Shown here: positions 47,929-55,628 of the stretch, in pieces | Position numbering within the stretch: position 1 is the first letter of the stretch | Layout: each line of letters opens with the position of its first letter | Source: Sphingobacterium yanglingense | Lineage (GTDB): Bacteria; Bacteroidota; Bacteroidia; Sphingobacteriales; Sphingobacteriaceae | Direction: 5' to 3' | DNA: 64,000 nt | Assembly: GCA_040395455.1 (NCBI GenBank) | Contig: JBEBQJ010000004.1 | Span: forward strand, 9,678-73,677 | Made by a program: the position numbers and the translations under genes | Notes under the pieces: model-generated | Database searches by the model: none | What the model saw: the letters and a program-made list of their open reading frames with translations, nothing else | Told to the model about the DNA's origin: nothing

Positions 47929-49629
47929 ATGCAAAAAAGGTGGGTCCTGAAACCAAAAAATGACAGCAACACAATCAATAAATTACAATCTGAACTAGGG
48001 GTAAATCCCATTGTTGCTCGGCTATTGGTTAATAGGGGAATACAAGACTTTGAGCAATCTAGAGCCTTTTTTAGACCTTCCCTAGAACAATTACATGACC
48101 CCTTCTTGATGAAGGATATGGACAGGGCCATATCTCGTATCGAACGTGCTATTGGCAATAACGAGAAAATCATGATCTATGGGGATTATGACGTCGATGG
48201 CACCACTGCTGTAGCAGTAGTTTATAGTTTTTTTCGTGCTTTTCACTCCCGCATCGAGTTTTACATCCCGGACCGCTATGCCGAAGGTTATGGTATCTCT
48301 ACCCAAGGAATCGACTATGCTGCGGAAAATGACTTTTCCCTTATTATAGCACTTGACTGTGGCATCAAAGCTCTTGAAAAAGTTGAGTATGCTAACGCTC
48401 ATGGCATAGATTTTATTATTGGCGACCATCACTTGCCAGGAGACTCTATTCCTAATGCATGTGCTGTCCTTGACCCCAAACGCACGGACTGCCCCTATCC
48501 TTATAAAGAATTATCCGGATGCGGAATAGGCTTTAAGATAATCCAGGCATTTATACAAAAGAATGAAATGGATATGGAAGAGGCCTACAAGTACCTGGAC
48601 TTAGTCGCTGTCAGTATCGCTTCGGACATCGTTCCTATTACGGGAGAGAACAGAATCCTAACCCACTTTGGATTAAAGAAACTGAACTCCAATCCTTCTG
48701 TAGGGCTCCAAGCACTAATAGACTTATCATCCAACAAAACCGGTGTATTTTCGGTCAATGATATTGTCTTCCAAATAGGACCTCGAATAAATGCAGCTGG
48801 TCGGATAGACCATGCCAAAGGTGCGGTCAACCTTCTGATATCAAAGTCAAAAGAAGAAGCTTCCACCTATTCTGCAGCAGTCGATGACCAAAACAACTTG
48901 CGAAAAGATTTTGACTTAAGAATAACCGAAGAAGCACTTGCCATTATTGAGAATAGTGACACCAATAAATTGCGAAAATCGACGGTCCTTTACAAATCTG
49001 ATTGGCACAAAGGTGTAATTGGAATTGTAGCCTCTAGGTTGACAGAGCGTTATTATCGTCCCACTGTAATCCTTACCCAGACCAATGGACACATTGCTGG
49101 CTCTGCACGTTCTGTCATAGGTTTCGACCTTTATGAAGCATTAAGTGAATGTAGCGATTTATTAGATCAGTTTGGAGGCCACAAATATGCTGCGGGGCTC
49201 ACCATGCAGGAAAAGAACATAACGCTTTTTCAAAGCAAGTTTGAAGAGGTGGTACAACGTTCGATCAAACCAGAAATGTTACAGCAAGAAGTTTCTATAG
49301 AAGCTGAAATAGAACTTAAAGACATCGATACGAAGTTCTATCGCATTCTTCGACAATTCGAACCCTTCGGCCCTCAAAACGAAGCCCCCATATTTGTCTC
49401 AAAGAACATTAAGCTACATGGATCGGCATATGTAGTAGGTAGCAATCACTTAAAGTTCACTAGTCTTCAAGAAGGCTCAGCAGCATTTGACTGCATAGCA
49501 TTTGGTCTAGCAGAACACATCGCCCACCTCAACAGTAAAAAGCCTTTCGACATATGCTACAGTATAGAAGAGAATAATTGGCGCGGCAAAAAGAACCTGC
49601 AATTGAACATAAAGGGAATCCGCTACTAG
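47929..49629 (+). CDS. recJ: Single-stranded-DNA-specific exonuclease RecJ
   Basis: 566 aa with DHH motifs (IYGDYDVDGTT, ALDCG, IIGDHH) and a DHHA1 domain (GGHKYAAG). Confidence 0.93.
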   Translation: MQKRWVLKPKNDSNTINKLQSELGVNPIVARLLVNRGIQDFEQSRAFFRPSLEQLHDPFLMKDMDRAISRIERAIGNNEKIMIYGDYDVDGTTAVAVVYSFFRAFHSRIEFYIPDRYAEGYGISTQGIDYAAENDFSLIIALDCGIKALEKVEYANAHGIDFIIGDHHLPGDSIPNACAVLDPKRTDCPYPYKELSGCGIGFKIIQAFIQKNEMDMEEAYKYLDLVAVSIASDIVPITGENRILTHFGLKKLNSNPSVGLQALIDLSSNKTGVFSVNDIVFQIGPRINAAGRIDHAKGAVNLLISKSKEEASTYSAAVDDQNNLRKDFDLRITEEALAIIENSDTNKLRKSTVLYKSDWHKGVIGIVASRLTERYYRPTVILTQTNGHIAGSARSVIGFDLYEALSECSDLLDQFGGHKYAAGLTMQEKNITLFQSKFEEVVQRSIKPEMLQQEVSIEAEIELKDIDTKFYRILRQFEPFGPQNEAPIFVSKNIKLHGSAYVVGSNHLKFTSLQEGSAAFDCIAFGLAEHIAHLNSKKPFDICYSIEENNWRGKKNLQLNIKGIRY

Positions 49630-49777
49630 CGAATAATCCTCCGTTTTCGAGCCATATTCTAAAATGAATGTAGCGATATTAAGAAAAAACCAAATAAATG
49701 AGTACACAAATGTATTATGAGTAAACAATTGGTCATTTTTTAAATGATTAGCATTCGTGAATACAAAGCATTTTATT

Positions 49778-49785
49778 TAGGTTTG
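49778..49785 (+). promoter_or_regulatory. Candidate -7 promoter box (TAGGTTTG) for lptB
   Basis: Exact TAnnTTTG match 22 nt upstream of the ATG at 49807. Confidence 0.4.
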
Positions 49786-49806
49786 CAATAAGCGAATAAT
49801 AAATCG

Positions 49807-50541
49807 ATGATACTAAGAGCAGAACACCTAGTTAAGAAATATAAACAACGCACGGTAGTAAACGATGTATCCTTTCATGTGGAACAGGGCGAAATTGTCG
49901 GGCTGCTAGGTCCTAATGGAGCAGGAAAGACGACCTCTTTCTATATGATTGTTGGATTGATTAAACCAAATGATGGCCATGTCTTTCTTGACGACGAAGA
50001 GATTACAAAAGACGCCATGTATCAACGCGCTCAAAAAGGGATTGGATACCTCGCCCAAGAAGCCTCGGTATTTAGGAAACTGTCTGTTGAGGACAATATC
50101 CTGGCTGTACTCGAAATACACCACCCAAACAAAGAAGACCGAAAAAAGCGGCTTGAAGAGCTCCTGACCGAGTTCAGTTTACATCGAGTCCGCAAAAATA
50201 GAGGAGACTTGCTTTCTGGAGGTGAACGCCGACGTACGGAAATCGCCCGAGCTCTAGCCGCCAACCCCCACTTTATCTTACTCGATGAGCCCTTTGCAGG
50301 AGTTGACCCTATTGCGGTGGAAGAAATCCAAACCATAGTGGCCAAATTGAAAGCAAAAAACATAGGGGTACTAATCACCGACCATAACGTACAGGAGACA
50401 TTATCCATCACAGACCGAGCGTATTTATTGACCGAGGGAAAAATTATGTTAACGGGAACTCCTGAAGAAATTGCGGATAGTGAAATGGCCCGGAAATTTT
50501 ATCTTGGCCAAAATTTCGTTTTAAGGCGCAAAAAGTTATAA
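49807..50541 (+). CDS. lptB: LPS export ABC transporter ATP-binding protein
   Basis: 244 aa with Walker A (GPNGAGKTT), signature (LSGGERRR) and Walker B ([12 protein letters not shown]). The size and C-terminal extension are typical of LptB. Confidence 0.85.
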   Translation: MILRAEHLVKKYKQRTVVNDVSFHVEQGEIVGLLGPNGAGKTTSFYMIVGLIKPNDGHVFLDDEEITKDAMYQRAQKGIGYLAQEASVFRKLSVEDNILAVLEIHHPNKEDRKKRLEELLTEFSLHRVRKNRGDLLSGGERRRTEIARALAANPHFILLDEPFAGVDPIAVEEIQTIVAKLKAKNIGVLITDHNVQETLSITDRAYLLTEGKIMLTGTPEEIADSEMARKFYLGQNFVLRRKKL

Positions 50542-50557
50542 CTCAAACAAGATTCTT

Positions 50558-52075
50558 ATGGAACTATTGAATTCACTCTTCACATGGATCATGAAAAAGC
50601 GCATACACCAGATTGAGCTGTTCATGAAGTATCCGCATGATGTGCAAGAAGAATGGTTCCAAAACCTGATATCTGCTGCTGAAGCAACAGAATGGGGCAA
50701 GAAATATGATTACAAAAGTATACTTACCCCTGAAGAATATAAAAATCGTGTCCCTATCAGTGATTACGATGACATCAAAGGGTATATAGACCGTATGATA
50801 AAAGGCGAGCAGAATATCCTGTGGCCTTCTGACATTAAATGGTTTGCAAAATCTTCGGGCACCACTTCAGATCGCAGCAAATTCATCCCAGTAAGTATGG
50901 AAGCATTGGAAGAATGCCACTATCAAGGAGGAAAGGACATGCTTTCTATCTATTGTCATAACAAGCCCGACAATAAGGTCTTTACAGGAAAATCTGTCGT
51001 TATAGGAGGCTCTTCTCAGATTAACAATTTCAGTCCTGACTCCTATTACGGCGACTTATCTTCTATCCTTATCCGTAACCTACCTTTTTGGGCCGAATTC
51101 AAACGAACACCTAACCTAGAGGTTACCTTAAATCCGAATTTTGAAGAGAAAATCGAACAGATTGCCCAGATTACAATAAAAGAAGATGTAACCAGTCTCG
51201 CTGGTGTACCAACCTGGAACATAGTTATGGCCAATCGCATTTTGGAGATTACAAAAAAAGATAATCTTTTGGAAGTGTGGCCTAATCTCGAGTTTTATGG
51301 TCACGGAGGTGTAAGCTTCAAACCTTATCGCGAACAGTTCAAACAGCTGATTCCTTCGGAAAATATGTATTATTTCGAAAACTACAATGCTTCAGAAGGT
51401 TACTTCGGCCTCCAAGACCAATCAGATTCTGATGATCTCTTGCTCATGTTGGATTATGGGATATATTATGAATTTCTCCCAATGGAGTTTATCGACGATG
51501 AGACCCCAAAAACGATAGGACTTGATGCCGTAGAATTAGGTAAAAACTATGCCATGATTATCTCGACCAATGCTGGATTATGGCGTTATAAGATAGGAGA
51601 TACCATTAGATTCACCAATCTTTCGCCTTATCGCTTTCAAATATCCGGTCGAACCAAACAATATATCAATACATTCGGAGAAGAAATAATAGTAGATAAT
51701 GCAGAACAAGCACTTCAGGCTGCATGTCTTGCAACAGAAGCTAATATTAGAGACTACACAGCGGGTCCTGTGTATTTTAACGCTGGTGAAGCTGGAGCGC
51801 ACGAATGGGTTATTGAGTTTGACAAGGCGCCCGCTGATTTTGAGCGGTTCTGTGAGATATTAGATCAAAAACTCCGTGAAATCAATTCAGACTATGATGC
51901 TAAGCGTTATAAAAACATGGCACTGAACAAACCTATCATTCATCAAGCACCAACCTCTACTTTCTACAACTGGATGAAATCTAGAGGTAAACTCGGAGGA
52001 CAGAATAAGGTACCACGACTATCCAATAATAGAGAATATCTCGACCCCTTACTTGAAGTCATGCGCAACTCTTAA
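50558..52075 (+). CDS. GH3-family (auxin-responsive-promoter family) adenylating enzyme homologue
   Basis: 505 aa. FAKSSGTTSDRSKFIPVS (P-loop-like SSGTT motif of GH3/ANL enzymes), YNASEGYFG and YKIGD are present. Confidence 0.8.
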   Translation: MELLNSLFTWIMKKRIHQIELFMKYPHDVQEEWFQNLISAAEATEWGKKYDYKSILTPEEYKNRVPISDYDDIKGYIDRMIKGEQNILWPSDIKWFAKSSGTTSDRSKFIPVSMEALEECHYQGGKDMLSIYCHNKPDNKVFTGKSVVIGGSSQINNFSPDSYYGDLSSILIRNLPFWAEFKRTPNLEVTLNPNFEEKIEQIAQITIKEDVTSLAGVPTWNIVMANRILEITKKDNLLEVWPNLEFYGHGGVSFKPYREQFKQLIPSENMYYFENYNASEGYFGLQDQSDSDDLLLMLDYGIYYEFLPMEFIDDETPKTIGLDAVELGKNYAMIISTNAGLWRYKIGDTIRFTNLSPYRFQISGRTKQYINTFGEEIIVDNAEQALQAACLATEANIRDYTAGPVYFNAGEAGAHEWVIEFDKAPADFERFCEILDQKLREINSDYDAKRYKNMALNKPIIHQAPTSTFYNWMKSRGKLGGQNKVPRLSNNREYLDPLLEVMRNS

Positions 52076-52785
52076 TCCATCTTTTCACGTAGCTTGACGG
52101 CCTTCTCTGCAATATCCCCATCCGAAGGGATTTTGTTCAAACACATCTTTGCACTATCTATATCCCCTTGTTCATAGTAGGCCAATGCTAAATAGTAATT
52201 GGACTCTGTAGCAAAGACCGAAGGACCATTTGCTATAGGAGCTAATAAATCAATCGCTTTTACCCACTGCTTACTCCCGATATAGGTAAGAGCAAAATAA
52301 TACTGATATTGCACCTGATCAGGATCCGACTCCAAAAGTGCCGACAAATTATCCGAGGCCTCCTTATATTTACCTGCATTAAAAGCTTTTACAGCATTCT
52401 CATATGAAGCATTCTCCATCTTGCCTCGCACAATCTCCGACCGCATCATGGGCAATTCATACAATTCATCCGATCCTTGAAAGAAAAACAAAGTACCAAC
52501 TAACAATATACAAGCTGCTGCAACAATAGGTAACCATCGTTTCACACCCCATTTGGAGGAATTTGAAGAAGATCTATAACGTTGATTTACTTCTGCTAAA
52601 GTCAACTTTAGGGAATCATCCTGTAGATTGGTTCGTTTATTCAGAATATCGTATACCTCCCGCTGCAATGAAACCATATTTCTAAGTTCTTTATCTACGA
52701 CCAGTTGAGCTTCAAATGACGTAAGCTCTTCACCTGCTAAAAGCCCCTCAATATAATCCTGTATTTTCTCTGAATGGTTTTCCAT
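52072..52785 (-). CDS. Anti-sigma-factor-like single-pass membrane protein with a periplasmic TPR domain
   Basis: 237 aa. It has an N-terminal helical cytoplasmic segment, one TM helix (WLPIVAAACILLVGTLFFF) and C-terminal TPR-like repeats. Its start overlaps the sigma-gene stop (TAATG). Confidence 0.65.
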   Translation of the reverse strand: MENHSEKIQDYIEGLLAGEELTSFEAQLVVDKELRNMVSLQREVYDILNKRTNLQDDSLKLTLAEVNQRYRSSSNSSKWGVKRWLPIVAAACILLVGTLFFFQGSDELYELPMMRSEIVRGKMENASYENAVKAFNAGKYKEASDNLSALLESDPDQVQYQYYFALTYIGSKQWVKAIDLLAPIANGPSVFATESNYYLALAYYEQGDIDSAKMCLNKIPSDGDIAEKAVKLREKMD

Positions 52786-53351
52786 TACTTTAAACTTTTG
52801 AAAATATTACTTTCTTTAACCTTTTTTATCAAGGTCGACATACATTCACTTTTCTTCTTGCGCAAGTAGGCATAGCTTATCCCCAATGATTCGGCTATTC
52901 GTTCTTGTTGTTTCTCCACCAAACATCGTCGTATGATATCTTGACAGCTCTGCCCCATTGTTCCCAAAATCTCCATCACATGATTTTCCCTATCTACCTG
53001 CAACAACATCTGCTCCCACTCTCCGTATGACGTATCCTCAACATATAATAACTCATCTTCTCCATTTGTTACCTGTTCGCGTTGCTTTTTCTTCAAAGCA
53101 TTCAACCACTTACGCTTGCAGACTAAAGACAAGAAGGAACCAAAACTCGTTGTTAATACAAAATCCCGCTGATGAGCCATGTGATAAATATCCATTAAAG
53201 ACTCTTGCAAAATATCGTACCCATCATCCTCAGAACCACTGTTCTGCTTTATTAGGACAACAATCTGTTTTGCATATTTGTTATATATAAGCTGTATGCC
53301 TTTACTATCATTCTCTTTGAGATACTGAATATATATTTGGTCTATGTGCAT
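52785..53351 (-). CDS. ECF-type RNA polymerase sigma-70 family factor
   Basis: 188 aa. It has a region 2-like segment (DDGYDILQESLMDIY...FGSFLSLVCKRKWLNALKK) and a region 4 HTH (QQERIAESLGISYAYLRKKKSECMSTL). Confidence 0.8.
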   Translation of the reverse strand: MHIDQIYIQYLKENDSKGIQLIYNKYAKQIVVLIKQNSGSEDDGYDILQESLMDIYHMAHQRDFVLTTSFGSFLSLVCKRKWLNALKKKQREQVTNGEDELLYVEDTSYGEWEQMLLQVDRENHVMEILGTMGQSCQDIIRRCLVEKQQERIAESLGISYAYLRKKKSECMSTLIKKVKESNIFKSLK

Positions 53352-53606
53352 TTAATTGGCCATTACGCTGTAAATGTAAAAATATTTCGGTGATAATAAA
53401 AAAAACCTGAAACAGGATAAGATATTCGCAATTACTTTATCGACCAAGACAATAAAATTGCATATAAAAAGAATTTTAATTATGTTTATTTCCAATTCGA
53501 CGACAAGGCAATGTGTGACCGATAAAAGCTAGTCAATTTACATTTATTTGGTTTGAAATGTGCATGTTGAATATTAATGAACCGATATACCTTTAGGTAG
53601 ACCACT

Positions 53607-55625
53607 ATGAAAACATCTTGGATTATTACCCTATTCCTTCTCCTGACTACTTCTTTAGCTATTGCACAACAAGATAGCAATACTGTACAAATAGACACCT
53701 TTGAGAGTAAAATAGATGTTCAACAGCTTCCTAACGGCGTATCCTTCAAACCTATACTACGCCCATTGGTACCAGTACCTGGTGGCCGCGCTCCCTATTA
53801 TAAATACTTATGGGATTTTGGTGATGGCCACTTTAGCACGCAAGCAGAGCCAACACATCAGTATGCTAAACCGGGAGAATACGAAGTATCTCTTTATGCA
53901 GTGAACAATTATGACGATGGTCCAAAACCGAAACGACCAACACGAAAGATAAAAAATACAGCCCCTCCGTCGGCCTTAGCCAACTTATCTATCAACAGTT
54001 TTGAAGAAAATTTCTTCGCATCCAATGGTATATTTCAAATTTTCAAGCTATCGGATGCTAAACCTGGCGAAGACATAAGCCTTGTCGTGGGGGTAAAAAC
54101 CAATGGCAAAAAAGGTAAGATATATATTCTATCCAATGAGAAAGCTGCAGGACTAGATGGTTTCAAATTTGCTAACCAGACAGCCTATTACAAAGAAAAT
54201 ATAGATACACTGGTAGCAGCCAGCAAACTCCCAAGCCTTTGGGCCAATGTAAAACAGTCAACCTTTACAAAGACAGGCTCTCCTGATTACGGAATCAAAG
54301 AGGTGTCTACCTTTCAAAACCAACAACAGGCAGTTAATTATTTCAAAGAGCTTTACGGAGCTTACAATTCATTGACGGCCTATGATATTGAAGCCAATAC
54401 CGAAGAGCAACAGTTTTCACTAATCAATCTAGATGTCACTGCAGATATGCTCGTCGACACCAACGCTATTGTTACCATCACGGGGGTATTTATTCCAGAA
54501 GACGGGCTAGCAAACGTACACCAGGTTGACATTCCAATCGTCAAATCTCACGACCCCAACAAAATGTCAATAAGTCCTGCACGCATGAACTATCGCTTCC
54601 AAAAAAAGCGAAAAACCATGACCTACAAAGTACAGTTTCAGAATGATGGTGAGGGCGATGCTAAAAACATCAGACTAGAGATGTTTATTCCGGATGAAAT
54701 AGTTAAAAACACCTTCAAATTGAAAGCACTGTACCCCAAGTGTGACACCTGTGCGATGGTCAATAGTAAAGGTTGCTACCGCTACTATATAAAAGACGAT
54801 GGCACCTTGGTCTTTCATTTTAAAGACATTGCTCTGCCAGGGACAGCCGCCAAAGATGTAACAGACATGGATAGCACCAAAGGTTTCATCCTATTTGAGG
54901 TAGAAACACAGAAAAAACTCAAGAACAAATCTTTCCAAGCCTATACTAATATATATTTTGACAACAACCCTCCTATCAAGACCAATACCGCAACAACACG
55001 CTTTTTGCGCACACTATCTCCTATCATTACCATAGGAGCGACACATACTTTTGGTACACCTCGAGAAAATGAATTAAGCCATAAATTTAAAACCGGCTAT
55101 CAAATCGGCATTGGTATTGCACCTACAGCTCCTTACCGTAAACCCTATTGGCAGGTAGAACTATATACCAGCTATTTCAAGCGCGAGAGCCAATCGCCAC
55201 GTAGGGCCGAAAAAGGAGAGCACTCCTACCTTGTTGATGGCAAGCCTAATTATTTCGCTTACAGTGCAATTAGTGACTTTGAAAAGAGGGATTACCTGAC
55301 ATTACAAATGCCTGTACAGATTCGTTATAATTTCAATTCCTTTATCTCCATGGGAATCGGCGCTAGTATGCGTAAAGATTTTAACATCAAGAGCTCAGGA
55401 GAAACAACCTATTATTTTCAACGGGATGGTACCAATGGCGTAATGCAGGCCTTAACATATACTGAAGCAAAAGAACTATCGAAGATGAACAGTGCTATAA
55501 AAGTAAATCCGTTTCTCGACCTAAACATAGGCAGTGTCAATCTAGGGCCGGCTCTCGGAATACGATTTGCTTATGACAAAGAGCAGAAATCAACCGGCGG
55601 TCTCTATGGTATATTCCGATTTTAA
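53607..55625 (+). CDS. Secreted PKD-domain protein with a beta-sandwich adhesin-like domain and a C-terminal beta-barrel-like region
   Basis: It has a signal peptide (LLLTTSLAIAQQ) and a PKD motif (YLWDFGDGHFSTQAEPTHQYAKPGEYEVSLYAVN). A KSHDPNKMS...YKVQFQNDGEGDAKNIRL...GFILFEV...IYFDNNPPIKTN domain follows. The last ~190 aa show alternating hydrophobic beta-strand patterns and end in GLYGIFRF. Confidence 0.7.
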   Translation: MKTSWIITLFLLLTTSLAIAQQDSNTVQIDTFESKIDVQQLPNGVSFKPILRPLVPVPGGRAPYYKYLWDFGDGHFSTQAEPTHQYAKPGEYEVSLYAVNNYDDGPKPKRPTRKIKNTAPPSALANLSINSFEENFFASNGIFQIFKLSDAKPGEDISLVVGVKTNGKKGKIYILSNEKAAGLDGFKFANQTAYYKENIDTLVAASKLPSLWANVKQSTFTKTGSPDYGIKEVSTFQNQQQAVNYFKELYGAYNSLTAYDIEANTEEQQFSLINLDVTADMLVDTNAIVTITGVFIPEDGLANVHQVDIPIVKSHDPNKMSISPARMNYRFQKKRKTMTYKVQFQNDGEGDAKNIRLEMFIPDEIVKNTFKLKALYPKCDTCAMVNSKGCYRYYIKDDGTLVFHFKDIALPGTAAKDVTDMDSTKGFILFEVETQKKLKNKSFQAYTNIYFDNNPPIKTNTATTRFLRTLSPIITIGATHTFGTPRENELSHKFKTGYQIGIGIAPTAPYRKPYWQVELYTSYFKRESQSPRRAEKGEHSYLVDGKPNYFAYSAISDFEKRDYLTLQMPVQIRYNFNSFISMGIGASMRKDFNIKSSGETTYYFQRDGTNGVMQALTYTEAKELSKMNSAIKVNPFLDLNIGSVNLGPALGIRFAYDKEQKSTGGLYGIFRF

Positions 55626-55628
55626 ACC

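Noticed and set aside
53517-53587. Direct repeat GA(A)CCGATA at 53517-53524 and 53579-53587 in the sigma/PKD divergent spacer. I considered it as an ECF -35-like (GAACC) element.
   Set aside because: The downstream copy is too close to the ATG to act as a -35 element. I could not pair either copy with a convincing -10 motif. It is worth testing only alongside transcription start mapping.
53607-55625. The idea that the gene preceding the CHAT protease is a bacterial gasdermin, which would make this a gasdermin/protease defence pair.
   Set aside because: The protein is 672 aa with a signal peptide, a PKD domain and a barrel-like C-terminus. Bacterial gasdermins are ~240-300 aa cytoplasmic proteins. 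The CHAT protein is also predicted to be exported.
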